A DNA stretch of 64,000 bases, from positions 2,221 through 66,220 of the forward strand of contig JAFZXM010000018.1 in NCBI GenBank assembly GCA_017616775.1, given 5' to 3'. The notes beneath the pieces are model-generated. The model was not told the origin of the DNA. It was given only the letters and a program-made list of their open reading frames with translations, and did not search any database. Origin of the DNA: Bacteroidales bacterium (GTDB lineage Bacteria; Bacteroidota; Bacteroidia; Bacteroidales; WCHB1-69). Of this stretch, positions 47,176 to 56,989 are shown piece after piece (the stretch's first letter is position 1; each line of letters starts with the position of its first letter). The position numbers and the translations under genes are program-made.

Positions 47176-48858
47176 CTATTGGGTAACTTTCTCCAGCCAT
47201 TTTACCATACCGAGCATTACACCCATGGATACAAGGCATATTATCAAGAACACCATCCAGCAATATTGTATAGGCCATGCATTGTACATCACAGGCCCTA
47301 TCCATATCAGCAGGTTACCTATTGCGGTGGCACCTAACCACAAGCCCTGGCACAAGCCTACCATGTGACGCGGAGCCACTTTGGATACAAATGACAATCC
47401 CAGCGGCGAAATAAATAATTCTGCCACAGTGAGGAAGAAATAAGTAACTATCAACACCCATGGTGCAGCTTTGGCTAAGCCTGCCGTTGTCATTTGCACC
47501 AAATCCATTGCACGGAACTCTTCTCCTGAGGGATAATTATTCATTATGGATATAAGCATTAAAAACAAATAGGCACATCCTGCAATACCCATACCTATCG
47601 CAATTTTACGAGGAGTGGATATACCTTTTCCCCTGCGTGCCAAAGCGGCAAACACTATCATTACTATTGGCGTGAGGAATATTACAAAGAAAGGATTTAA
47701 AGCCTGCCATATTTCAGGAGCAATAGAATCGGTTTGCACAAAATCCCGTGCAAACACCGACAAAGACTGTCCGTTTTGATGGAAAGACAACCAGAAGAAA
47801 ATAGCTATACCCAATACTGCGAACAAAGCATATAATCTTTGTTTGATTTCTTTGGCCATTGTTAATTTTTCTTCTTCTGTGTATTCCACCACTTCTGCCT
47901 TTTCTTTCTTGGCAGGTTGCGGGAATTTCTTTTTGGTGGTGAAGAATATCACCAAAGAGGTAAGCATTGCTATAACAGATGCTATAAATGCGAAATGAAT
48001 ACCTTCGTTGAACACGGTGATATAATCAGAACAGAAAGTGGCATTATCTACAAATTGATAACCGCTTGTAACAGCTTGACTCATGGTTTCTTCAAATTTG
48101 CTGGTTACTGCACCGTCTGCTAAATATTGGTGACACAAAGACGCCATATCGGCATTATATACAAAATGATGTGCTTTCAACCACCATTCTCTCAACAACG
48201 GAGCCACAAACGGAGCTAACACACCGCCAATATTAATAAATACGTAGAATATTTGGAATCCGGAATCACGTCTGTCCCGTGCTATTTTGAGGGCTTCTTC
48301 TCCTTGTTTTGCAGCTTCGGCTTCGTATTCATCATACATTTTTCCCACTATAGCCTGCAAATTGCCTTTAAACAAGCCATTACCAAAAGCTATGCACAAC
48401 AAAGCTATACAAGTGTATATCAATATTGCCCACCATTGACCGTTACCGTCTGTAACTACACCACCGACTTTACTAAACAATGGTATTGCCAATGCAACAT
48501 ATCCTAACGACATGATCACCAACCCCCATTGGATGGTTTTATTATAATTCTGCGTTTTGTCGGCTATTATACCGCCTACCAAACTCAGCACATAAATGCC
48601 GAAATAGAATACAGAATAAATAACTCCCGCCGTTCCGTCGGGCAAGCCGAATTTGGATACCAAAAAGAGCAATAAAATGGCGTTCATGATATAATATCCG
48701 AAACGCTCACCCATATTACTCAATGCAGCGGCAATAAGACCTTTAGGATGCTCTCTTTTTGCGATAGTGACGTAGTAAATTATAAAAGGCACAATCACTA
48801 CGATAATCGCCAACAACATCGCAATAGTACGATGCCCGGTAAAAAATTGTTGTAACAT
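47176..48858 (-). CDS. POT/PTR2 family proton-dependent oligopeptide transporter
   Basis: ERFGYYIMNAILLLFL and LVGGIIADKTQNYNKTI (PTR2 motifs). About 14 TM helices, 560 aa. Confidence 0.9.
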   Translation of the reverse strand: MLQQFFTGHRTIAMLLAIIVVIVPFIIYYVTIAKREHPKGLIAAALSNMGERFGYYIMNAILLLFLVSKFGLPDGTAGVIYSVFYFGIYVLSLVGGIIADKTQNYNKTIQWGLVIMSLGYVALAIPLFSKVGGVVTDGNGQWWAILIYTCIALLCIAFGNGLFKGNLQAIVGKMYDEYEAEAAKQGEEALKIARDRRDSGFQIFYVFINIGGVLAPFVAPLLREWWLKAHHFVYNADMASLCHQYLADGAVTSKFEETMSQAVTSGYQFVDNATFCSDYITVFNEGIHFAFIASVIAMLTSLVIFFTTKKKFPQPAKKEKAEVVEYTEEEKLTMAKEIKQRLYALFAVLGIAIFFWLSFHQNGQSLSVFARDFVQTDSIAPEIWQALNPFFVIFLTPIVMIVFAALARRGKGISTPRKIAIGMGIAGCAYLFLMLISIMNNYPSGEEFRAMDLVQMTTAGLAKAAPWVLIVTYFFLTVAELFISPLGLSFVSKVAPRHMVGLCQGLWLGATAIGNLLIWIGPVMYNAWPIQYCWMVFLIICLVSMGVMLGMVKWLEKVTQ

Positions 48859-48914
48859 ACTTTTTTATTTTTTAGTTATTAATAAAATGATTTCTGTTGT
48901 TTATTTACAATTTG

Positions 48915-48922
48915 CAAAGATA
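48915..48922 (-). promoter_or_regulatory. -7 box TATCTTTG (minus strand)
   Basis: Plus-strand CAAAGATA lies 57 nt upstream of the start at 48858. Confidence 0.5.
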
Positions 48923-49009
48923 TCAAAAAAAAACACACCAACAAAAACTATGTAAAAAAAAACAGGCATTTTTTTTAATAAATATATAAGATAATAAAAA
49001 AATAAGATG

Positions 49010-49017
49010 TACTTTTG
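49010..49017 (+). promoter_or_regulatory. -7 box TACTTTTG
   Basis: The ORF-track TTG start at 49015 lies inside this box, so the real start is the ATG at 49078. Confidence 0.5.
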
Positions 49018-49077
49018 CAAAAAATATTAAAAGCATTCCAAAACAAAAAACTTTCTCATAAACATACAATAATAAGC

Positions 49078-49824
49078 ATGGATAAAAAAATAGTGATTAT
49101 ACCCACCTACAACGAAAAGGAAAATATTGAGAAGATTATCCGCTATGTTTTCAATCTGCACCAGGATTTTGACATTTTGGTGATAGACGACGGCAGTCCC
49201 GACGGCACGGCACAAATTGTCAAAAATATGATTCCTGAATACGAAGGTCACCTGTTTATCAAAGAAAGAAGCGGCAAACTCGGTTTGGGAACAGCCTATA
49301 TTTTAGGCTTCAATTGGTGCATAGAAAACCAATATGACTACATTTTTGAAATGGATGCCGATTTTTCCCACAATCCCAACGATTTAATTCGTTTATATGA
49401 ATGTGCATCCCAAGAAAACAAAGATTTGGTCATCGGGTCCAGATATTGCAACGGCGTCAATGTGGTCAATTGGCCGATGTCAAGGGTGTTGATGTCATAT
49501 TACGGGTCGGCCTATGTACGCACCATATTGCGGATTCCCATTCACGACACCACCGCCGGATTTGTATGTTATAAACGAAAGGTTTTGGAAAGCATCAATT
49601 TCGACAATATCAAACACATCGGCTACGGCTTTCAGATAGAAATGAAATATATCACATGGAAATTAGGCTTCCGTTTGGCGGAAGTGCCCATCATTTTCAC
49701 CGACAGAACCGAAGGCACCTCCAAAATGAGTAAGGGAATATTCAAAGAAGCCATTTTCGGTGTTATCAAACTGCGTTGGACCATGCTCTTTCACGGCATT
49801 GAAAAATACAGAAAAAAAGATTAA
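49078..49824 (+). CDS. polyprenol monophosphomannose synthase (GT2, dolichyl-phosphate mannosyltransferase-like)
   Basis: IVIIPTYNEKENI, ILVIDDGSPDGT, MDADFSHNP, VIGSRY. Confidence 0.9.
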   Translation: MDKKIVIIPTYNEKENIEKIIRYVFNLHQDFDILVIDDGSPDGTAQIVKNMIPEYEGHLFIKERSGKLGLGTAYILGFNWCIENQYDYIFEMDADFSHNPNDLIRLYECASQENKDLVIGSRYCNGVNVVNWPMSRVLMSYYGSAYVRTILRIPIHDTTAGFVCYKRKVLESINFDNIKHIGYGFQIEMKYITWKLGFRLAEVPIIFTDRTEGTSKMSKGIFKEAIFGVIKLRWTMLFHGIEKYRKKD

Positions 49825-49857
49825 AAAAAAAGACAACCTTTTGGTTGTCTTTTTTTA
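49823..49857. terminator. bidirectional rho-independent terminator
   Basis: Stem agacaacc (49831-38) / ggttgtct (49843-50), loop tttt, with an A8 run before and a T7 run after. Sits between convergent genes. Confidence 0.8.
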
Positions 49858-49859
49858 TT

Positions 49860-52142
49860 TTATCGCATGTGTTTTTCTTTTATATAGTTATCTATCGACC
49901 GTGCGGCCACCCTGCCTGCTCCCATGGCAAGAATAACGGTAGCCGAGCCGCTCACGGCATCACCGCCGGCAAAAATTCCTTCCCGTGACGTCTGCCCGGA
50001 TTCGTCTGCCACTATTTCACCATATTTGCCTTGGGCAAGATTTTCGGTGGTGCTTACTATCAAAGGATTGGGAGAGGTTCCGATGGAAACTATCACCAAA
50101 TCGGCTTCCACTTCAAAATAATCGTTCTCGATTGGCACCGGCTTTCTTCTACCGGAAGCATCCGGCTGTCCCAACTGCATACGTTGCACTTTCATTTTTT
50201 TCACCCAGCCTTGTTCATTGCCGATGATTTCCACAGGATTGCACAAAAGTTGGAATTGTATGCCTTCTTCTTTGGCGTGATGCACCTCTTCTGCCCTTGC
50301 CGGCAGTTCCTCCAAGGAACGGCGATAAATGATGGTCACCTCAGAGCCCAAACGCAAAGCCGTTCTTGCGGCATCCATGGCGACATTTCCTCCTCCTACC
50401 ACCACGGTTTTTTTGCCGATAAAATTAGGCGTATCGTATTGTTGGTCATACGATTTCATCAAATTGTTTCTTGTCAGGAATTCGTTGGCGGAAACCACTC
50501 CGTTCAAGTTTTCGCCTTTTATATTCATAAAATTAGGCGAACCGGCTCCGCTGCCGACAAAAATTGCCTCAAAACCATGTTCGTGCAGCAAAGCATCTAT
50601 GGTGATAGTTCTTCCTATTACAACGTCGGTTTCTATGTTTACACCCAATTTTCTTACATTTTCCACCTCATAATCCACCACTTCTTTCTTGGGCAATCTG
50701 AATTCGGGAATGCCATACCGCAATACGCCGCCGGTATCGTGCAGGGCTTCAAAAATGGTAACGGAATAGCCCATTTTTGCCAATCCGGCAGCACATGTCA
50801 ATCCGGCAGGACCACTGCCGACAACAGCCACTTTATGACCATTGCTGAGGGTCGGGACTTCTATGGCTAATTGATTTTTTCTTGCCCAATCGGCAACAAA
50901 ACGCTCCAATTTGCCGATAGCCACCGCATCGCCTTTTTTGCCCAACACACATTTGCCCTCACATTGTGTTTCTTGCGGGCACACACGACCACACACTGCC
51001 GGCAGGGAAGAATTTTCCGCTATAGTATTGGCAGCCTTGTCGAACTGACCTGCCGCCACTTGCGAAATAAATGTCGGTATCGCAATGGCTACCGGACATC
51101 CGCTTACGCATTGCGGATTTTTGCATTGCAGACAGCGTTTTGCCTCTGCAACAGCTTCTTCTTCGGTGTAACCCAAGCAAACTTCCTTGAAAGTTTTGGC
51201 TCTTTCTTTGGCATCTCTTTCTCTTATCGGCACCCTTTTCATTCTATCGGGTTGCTCGTTGGAAACGCCGCCTATATAACAAATGTGTTCTTCTTGCTGT
51301 TCCTGCTGCTCCAACAAAGTACGTTGATTGACATTGGCATACATGGCTTGACGGCACATTGCCTCGTCAAAATTGACATCAAAAGCATTAAATTCCGGTC
51401 CATCCACACAGGTGAATTTTGTTTGTCCGCCGATGCTGACACGGCAAGCTCCGCACATGCCGGTGCCGTCCACCATCAAGGAATTCAAACTTACTATGGT
51501 CGGTATGCCATACGATTGTGTGAGACGGGCAACATTTTTCATCATTATCATCGGCCCGATAGCCACCACACGCGTATAGTGCTTGTGTTGCACCTCCACC
51601 AGATCTTTTATCACATCGGTGACAAAACCCTGATGTCCGCAACTGCCGTCATCGGTTGACACATAGACATGACCGGCTACTTTTTGCATTTCGTCCACAT
51701 ATATCAACTGCTCCTTGTTTTTTGCACCTATAATCACGTCTGCCTGAATGTGTCTGGCATGCAAATATTTCACTTGCGGATACACGGGAGCCGTACCGAC
51801 ACCGCCTGCCACAAACAAAATACGCTCTTTTTGCAATTCTTCGTCGCTCATCTCCGCCAAATCGGAACATCTCCCCAAAGGCCCCACCACATCCATATAT
51901 GAATCACCAACGTTGTAAGTTGCCATTTTCCTTGTTGACAGGCCGACAATTTGATAAACAATTACAACCAGACCTTTTTCTACATCTACATCACAAACTG
52001 TCAGCGGAATGCGTTCGCCTTTTTGATGCATTTTCACTATCAAAAACTGACCCGGCAAAGCAGATTTGGCCAACTGCTTCGCTTCCAAACTCATTTCCAC
52101 TATGTTGTTTGTGAGAACCCTTTTTGATACAATTTTATACAT
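49860..52142 (-). CDS. fusion protein: PyrK-like ferredoxin-NAD(P) reductase domain plus GltD-like NADPH-dependent glutamate synthase small-subunit domain (760 aa)
   Basis: N-terminal FNR-like module with the 2Fe-2S motif MCGACRVSIGG...FTCVDGPEF. The C-terminal part has two Cys clusters (CLQCKNPQCVSGCPV, CGRVCPQETQCEGKC) and dinucleotide folds (VAVVGSGPAGLTCA, VVVGGGNVAMDAA). Confidence 0.88.
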   Translation of the reverse strand: MYKIVSKRVLTNNIVEMSLEAKQLAKSALPGQFLIVKMHQKGERIPLTVCDVDVEKGLVVIVYQIVGLSTRKMATYNVGDSYMDVVGPLGRCSDLAEMSDEELQKERILFVAGGVGTAPVYPQVKYLHARHIQADVIIGAKNKEQLIYVDEMQKVAGHVYVSTDDGSCGHQGFVTDVIKDLVEVQHKHYTRVVAIGPMIMMKNVARLTQSYGIPTIVSLNSLMVDGTGMCGACRVSIGGQTKFTCVDGPEFNAFDVNFDEAMCRQAMYANVNQRTLLEQQEQQEEHICYIGGVSNEQPDRMKRVPIRERDAKERAKTFKEVCLGYTEEEAVAEAKRCLQCKNPQCVSGCPVAIAIPTFISQVAAGQFDKAANTIAENSSLPAVCGRVCPQETQCEGKCVLGKKGDAVAIGKLERFVADWARKNQLAIEVPTLSNGHKVAVVGSGPAGLTCAAGLAKMGYSVTIFEALHDTGGVLRYGIPEFRLPKKEVVDYEVENVRKLGVNIETDVVIGRTITIDALLHEHGFEAIFVGSGAGSPNFMNIKGENLNGVVSANEFLTRNNLMKSYDQQYDTPNFIGKKTVVVGGGNVAMDAARTALRLGSEVTIIYRRSLEELPARAEEVHHAKEEGIQFQLLCNPVEIIGNEQGWVKKMKVQRMQLGQPDASGRRKPVPIENDYFEVEADLVIVSIGTSPNPLIVSTTENLAQGKYGEIVADESGQTSREGIFAGGDAVSGSATVILAMGAGRVAARSIDNYIKEKHMR

Positions 52143-52160
52143 GAACTTTATTTAATTTTG

Positions 52161-52168
52161 CAAAGATA
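52161..52168 (-). promoter_or_regulatory. -7 box TATCTTTG (minus strand)
   Basis: Plus-strand CAAAGATA lies 19 nt upstream of the start at 52142. Confidence 0.55.
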
Positions 52169-52297
52169 TAAAAAAAAAATGAAAAAAATCACTATAAAAT
52201 ACAAGTTGACTTGTAACTGATATTTTTTTATAACCTGCCATTTGACTTTCATTGAAAATTTATTCTTTGCAAAGGCTCATATTTCATTTTTATTTAG

Positions 52298-52305
52298 TAC
52301 TTTTG
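52298..52305 (+). promoter_or_regulatory. -7 box TACTTTTG
   Basis: Lies 28 nt upstream of the ATG at 52333. Confidence 0.55.
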
Positions 52306-52332
52306 CATTTTTAAAACAAGTAACAACAACAG

Positions 52333-53628
52333 ATGAGCATATATCAAGATTTATTAGACAAAAAAACATGTCTATCGGTTATCGGCTTGGGTTATGTGGG
52401 TTTGCCCATTGCCTTGGCATTCGCAAAAAAAATAAAAGTAATCGGTTTTGACATCAAGCCCGACAGGGTGGCCTTGATGAACCGACATATAGACCCGAGC
52501 AACGAACTGGATGCTTCCGCTTTTGAAGGTTGCGATATCACTTTCACCTCCCATCCGGAAGATTTGAAACAGGCGTCCTTTCACATAGTGGCAGTCCCCA
52601 CCCCTATCGACAAACACTGTTTGCCGGATTTGACACCACTGTTGGCTGCCACCCGCTCAGTAGGAAAGATTCTCAAAAAAGGCGACTATGTAGTGTATGA
52701 ATCCACCGTTTATCCGGGCTGCACCGAAGAAGATTGTATTCCTATTCTGGAAGAATTGTCAGGACTGAAATTCAATGAGGATTTCAAAGTGGGATTCAGT
52801 CCCGAACGTATCAATCCGGGAGACAAAGAGCACACCCTGCAAAGCATCAAAAAGATTGTTTCCGGTTCTTGTCCGGAATCTTTGGAAAACATTGCCAAAG
52901 TTTACCAATTGGTAGTGCTGGCAGGTGTTCACAAAGCATCTTGTATCAAAGTGGCGGAAGCCGCAAAAATCATAGAAAACACGCAACGTGATGTCAATAT
53001 TGCCCTCATGAATGAGTTGTCGCAAATTTTCAACAAGATGGGCATCAACACTTTTGAAGTGTTGGAAGCTGCCGGCACCAAATGGAATTTCTTGAAATTC
53101 TTCCCCGGCTTGGTAGGCGGACACTGCATAGGGGTAGATCCTTATTATCTTACCTTCAAAGCAAAAGAATACCGACATCACCCGCAAATTATAGAATCGG
53201 GTCGCAGCATCAACGACCACATGGGATTTTATGTCGCCGAAATGACTATCAAACGTTTGGTGTCGCTTGGCAAAGCTATTAAAGGAAGCCATATTCTTGT
53301 TATGGGTGCCACCTTTAAAGAAAATGTAAGCGACATACGTAATTCAAAAGTAGCCGACATCATCCACGAATTGCAATCTTATAGCGTCAACGTGGATGTG
53401 ATAGACCCCTACGCCGACAGCGATGCTTTGAACAAGGAATACGGATTTAAGTTGACCCAGAACATACGCAATGACTACGATGCCGTTATCGTAGCCGTCA
53501 ACCATAAGGAATATGCCGATTTGGATGAATCGTATTTTACATCCATCACCCATTCCCCTGCCGTTTTCTACGACGTGAAAGGCATCTATAGAAACAAAAT
53601 CAAAGCATTGTCTTATATGAGTCTGTAA
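52333..53628 (+). CDS. nucleotide-sugar dehydrogenase (UDP-GlcNAc/GalNAc 6-dehydrogenase type, TviB/WbpO/CapL-like)
   Basis: LSVIGLGYVGLPIALAFA Rossmann motif. Catalytic region FFPGLVGGHCIGVDPYYL. C-terminal UDP-binding domain VMGATFKENVSDIRNSK. Confidence 0.9.
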   Translation: MSIYQDLLDKKTCLSVIGLGYVGLPIALAFAKKIKVIGFDIKPDRVALMNRHIDPSNELDASAFEGCDITFTSHPEDLKQASFHIVAVPTPIDKHCLPDLTPLLAATRSVGKILKKGDYVVYESTVYPGCTEEDCIPILEELSGLKFNEDFKVGFSPERINPGDKEHTLQSIKKIVSGSCPESLENIAKVYQLVVLAGVHKASCIKVAEAAKIIENTQRDVNIALMNELSQIFNKMGINTFEVLEAAGTKWNFLKFFPGLVGGHCIGVDPYYLTFKAKEYRHHPQIIESGRSINDHMGFYVAEMTIKRLVSLGKAIKGSHILVMGATFKENVSDIRNSKVADIIHELQSYSVNVDVIDPYADSDALNKEYGFKLTQNIRNDYDAVIVAVNHKEYADLDESYFTSITHSPAVFYDVKGIYRNKIKALSYMSL

Positions 53629-53653
53629 CGGACCTGTCGTTGATAACATAAAA

Positions 53654-53682
53654 ACAGCACTACATAGTAGTGCTGTTTTTTT
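53654..53682. terminator. bidirectional rho-independent terminator
   Basis: Perfect 10-bp stem acagcactac (53654-63) / gtagtgctgt (53667-76), loop ata, then a T7 run. An AAAA run lies upstream. Sits between convergent genes. Confidence 0.85.
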
Positions 53683-53706
53683 ATATCCTCTCTCCCGCTA
53701 TTCCCT

Positions 53707-56700
53707 CTATTGCGCATCCCTTACCAAACGGACAGATAGACCATGTCTAGGTAAGCTGTAAGACGAAGTGAAGGTTGTACCCGGACCGAAATACACACTA
53801 CTCCCCCCCCCACTGTTATTATAGAAGCCTTCATAGAACGTTGTTGACCAATAGATTCCGTAAAAATGGACATAGTATACATAAGATCCTTCACGCTTGC
53901 CAGCAGCTGGGAGGAAGACACACCCAGCATTTTCCATCTTCGCCCAATCGGCAGAATCAATAATGTTGGACGTATCTGCCGCGCTTGAATTATTGGTATT
54001 ATTTAATGAATAAACGGATACATTCCAATTATCCGGAACTATAATTAAACCCGTAACACCATTTACAATAGCGTGTGCACAACGTATGCCTGAAGAAGTT
54101 TGACGAGTAATCACTAAATACTCCCATTCATCTATGGTCAATGTACGCCAAGTTCCGGGAGCATCGGTGGTATTGGTCTTGGGATTGTAAATGGCATTAT
54201 ATACGCCCCAATCATAATTGGTATTTGAAATATTACTATTTCCATTACCATAAAGTGAATCTATAGTAGCAGTCATATAAGGATATTTATTATTATAACC
54301 GCTGGTACCCCAACCGAACAAATCTATCCATCCGGTATAAGTGGATGAAATATTGCTATTGTTAAAACCAATGGTATCCCATTGATTGGGGGAAAAACGC
54401 CATGTTCCTGCCGCCGTGCCGTTGCCTGCCACGACATGGGTGGTAGGTATGGAACCACCATTGGTAGCACTCCATTGCAAATTACCCGGGGAAAATATTA
54501 CCCTTTTGCTATTGGAAATAGTAAATAAAGCATTGTTCGGTATATCCAAAGTAGTAAATGTGTCTTGGTTACCATAGGCGGTACCTACCACATTGGTGGC
54601 ATAAGCCCGCACATAATATTTAGTGCCCGGTTTCAATCCGGTGATATTGCTTGTAAAACTACCCGTACCGCTACCATTGACGGTATAACTTTTGCTAATG
54701 GTAGGATAAGGAAGAGTATCCCAACAAACACCGCGTACGCTTATATAAGCACCGCCACCATTGGTTACATTGCCTCCGCATACAGCAGAACTAGCGGTGA
54801 TATTGCTTACGGATGTGGTGGTAAGTGTAGGAAGTGCATGAGTGGTCAATGTAAGTTCGTTGCCGTACGCTGTACCTGCTGCATTGGTGGCGTATGCCCG
54901 CACATAATATTTAGTACCCGATTCCAATCCGGTGATATTGCTTGTAAAACTACCCAAACCGCTACCATTGGCGGTATGGTTCTTGCTAATGGTAGGATAA
55001 GGAAGAGTATCCCAACAAACACCGCGAGCAATAACAGTGGAACCTCCGTCATAGGTTACATTGCCTCCGCAAACAGCAGATTTATCTGTAATACTTCCCA
55101 CTGTTGTGGTAATAACTATAGGAAAATCGGGGGCAGATATTTCTAAAGAGCGAACCAAGCGGACAGACTCACCGAATAAGCGTTCTTCGTCGAGATAGGG
55201 ATAGAGATTACTCGATTTGACGAGCAAACCATACGTATAGTCTCTATCGTAGCGAGTAGACGACCAATACCAGCCCTCGGCACCGACACGGATGACCGAA
55301 GTTCCACCGCGGGCTCCGGCAGCAGGAAGGAAGACGCAACCTGCAACCTCCATGTTCGGCCAATTGGCAGCACTGATAATATTAGAATTATATGTTGCAG
55401 TTGCTGTATTTACACTATCTAAGGTATATATAGATGTATTCCAATCATCCGGAACTATAATTAATCCGGATATTCCCATTACTGTTCCTTTAGCATAACG
55501 AATCCCCGATGTTGTTGTCCGTGTATTCAACAAATACGCCCATTCGTTTTTGGTCAATGTACGCCATGTACCGGGAACATCGGTATGATTGGTTTGGGGA
55601 TTGTAAATGGCATTATAAACACCCCAATCATAATTGGTGCCTGATATATTGTTATTTCCATTGCCATAATCAGAAGAATTTGTGCTGGTCATATAGGGAT
55701 ATTTATTATTATATCCGCTTGTACCCCAACCGAACAAGTCTATCCAACCGGTATAAGTAGAGGAAATATTACTATTGCCTGCACCGATGGTATCCCACTG
55801 GTTGGGAGCAAAACGCCATGTGCCTGCCGCCGTGCCGTTGCCGGCCACGGTATGGGTGGTGGCGGTATTGCCTCCATTGGTGGCACTCCATTGCAAATTA
55901 CCCGGAGAAAATACCACAGAATCAGTAGCACTCACAGAAAATACTGCAATACGTTTAGTAGTAAACGAAACTTCGTTGCCGTAGGCGGTACCTGCCGCAT
56001 TGGTGGCGTATGCCCGCACATAATAGGTGGTATTCTGTTTCAATCCTGAAATATTGCTTGTAAAACTGCCTGTACCGGAACTATCCGCAGTATTATTGCC
56101 GTCAATAGTCGGATTGTGAGACTCGCTCCAAACAACACCGCGTGTGATAATAGCAGCACCGCCGTCATCAATGATGGTGCCGCCGCATACAGCAGAACTA
56201 CCGGTAACATGGCTGACAGATGCCGTGGTTAATGTCGGAAGATATTGCAGGGAGAACACCAAATTAAAATGCTCGCTTTCTCTTTGCGGCTGCAAAATTT
56301 CATTGCCGGAAGCCACCTGTCCATAATGGGTGGTATAACCTGTTATTCTTAAAACATCTCCGGCTTGAAAAGGCTTTGAAGAAAGCAATTTTTGTGTTTT
56401 TGTCAAGATTGTCCCTTGGTTTCCAATATAGGCAATGCTGTTGTCACCGGAATGGCCTGTGTTGATCAATTTCTGCACCAACCTGCCATGAGCAGTTTGG
56501 GCTACCAAAAAGTACACCTGCGGATGATGGAGACTGACTTCAAAACAGTTTTCTCCCGCTTCCGCCTGCAGATGCTTTTCCATGATAAGTTGTCCCGCCA
56601 AATTATATACCCTTAATGAGAGCTGTTCGTCTTGCGGAAAAGTAAGCACTATGCGGCTCGTTCCGTTGAAGGGATTGGGATACGAGATACAACTTGAAGC

Positions 56701-56931
56701 ATTGCTTTCCGCTTCGTTGACACCCGTTTCATCAGTAAGCGTCAGCACCGTATCGGGATAAACCAATGTTTCCGTCCAACTGCGGCTGATATTCTCAACC
56801 CTTACGGAATCCAACTGCACATATTTTCCGGCGACATCGGCACCCGTAAATGTCAACTCAATGTTTTGTGCAAAAACTGTCTGCGCCATCATGAGGCAGA
56901 CCAGTACCCATATTTGTAAACAATTTTTCAT
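53707..56931 (-). CDS. modular secreted repeat protein C (1074 aa): signal peptide, N-terminal module with T9SS-CTD-like domain, 3 FN3/Ig-like modules, 2 FISUMP/DUF1566-like lectin-type (X) domains
   Basis: Start moved to MKNCLQIWVLVCLMMAQTVFA|Q at 56931, homologous to the start of the upstream paralogue. Modules: N 56248-56931, Y 55948-56247, X 55147-55947, YY 54547-55146, X 53710-54531. Confidence 0.85.
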   Translation of the reverse strand: MKNCLQIWVLVCLMMAQTVFAQNIELTFTGADVAGKYVQLDSVRVENISRSWTETLVYPDTVLTLTDETGVNEAESNASSCISYPNPFNGTSRIVLTFPQDEQLSLRVYNLAGQLIMEKHLQAEAGENCFEVSLHHPQVYFLVAQTAHGRLVQKLINTGHSGDNSIAYIGNQGTILTKTQKLLSSKPFQAGDVLRITGYTTHYGQVASGNEILQPQRESEHFNLVFSLQYLPTLTTASVSHVTGSSAVCGGTIIDDGGAAIITRGVVWSESHNPTIDGNNTADSSGTGSFTSNISGLKQNTTYYVRAYATNAAGTAYGNEVSFTTKRIAVFSVSATDSVVFSPGNLQWSATNGGNTATTHTVAGNGTAAGTWRFAPNQWDTIGAGNSNISSTYTGWIDLFGWGTSGYNNKYPYMTSTNSSDYGNGNNNISGTNYDWGVYNAIYNPQTNHTDVPGTWRTLTKNEWAYLLNTRTTTSGIRYAKGTVMGISGLIIVPDDWNTSIYTLDSVNTATATYNSNIISAANWPNMEVAGCVFLPAAGARGGTSVIRVGAEGWYWSSTRYDRDYTYGLLVKSSNLYPYLDEERLFGESVRLVRSLEISAPDFPIVITTTVGSITDKSAVCGGNVTYDGGSTVIARGVCWDTLPYPTISKNHTANGSGLGSFTSNITGLESGTKYYVRAYATNAAGTAYGNELTLTTHALPTLTTTSVSNITASSAVCGGNVTNGGGAYISVRGVCWDTLPYPTISKSYTVNGSGTGSFTSNITGLKPGTKYYVRAYATNVVGTAYGNQDTFTTLDIPNNALFTISNSKRVIFSPGNLQWSATNGGSIPTTHVVAGNGTAAGTWRFSPNQWDTIGFNNSNISSTYTGWIDLFGWGTSGYNNKYPYMTATIDSLYGNGNSNISNTNYDWGVYNAIYNPKTNTTDAPGTWRTLTIDEWEYLVITRQTSSGIRCAHAIVNGVTGLIIVPDNWNVSVYSLNNTNNSSAADTSNIIDSADWAKMENAGCVFLPAAGKREGSYVYYVHFYGIYWSTTFYEGFYNNSGGGSSVYFGPGTTFTSSYSLPRHGLSVRLVRDAQ
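56455..56685 (-). other. internal (N-proximal) T9SS-CTD-like domain, protein C aa 83-159
   Basis: SYPNPFNGTSRIVLTFPQDEQLSLRVYNLAGQLIMEKHL...VYFLVAQTAHGRLVQKLINTG. Confidence 0.6.
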
Positions 56932-56989
56932 ATTGATTAATTTTATTGATTTTCTATAAAAAACACTTAAACTACTATTTTTTCTTTTT

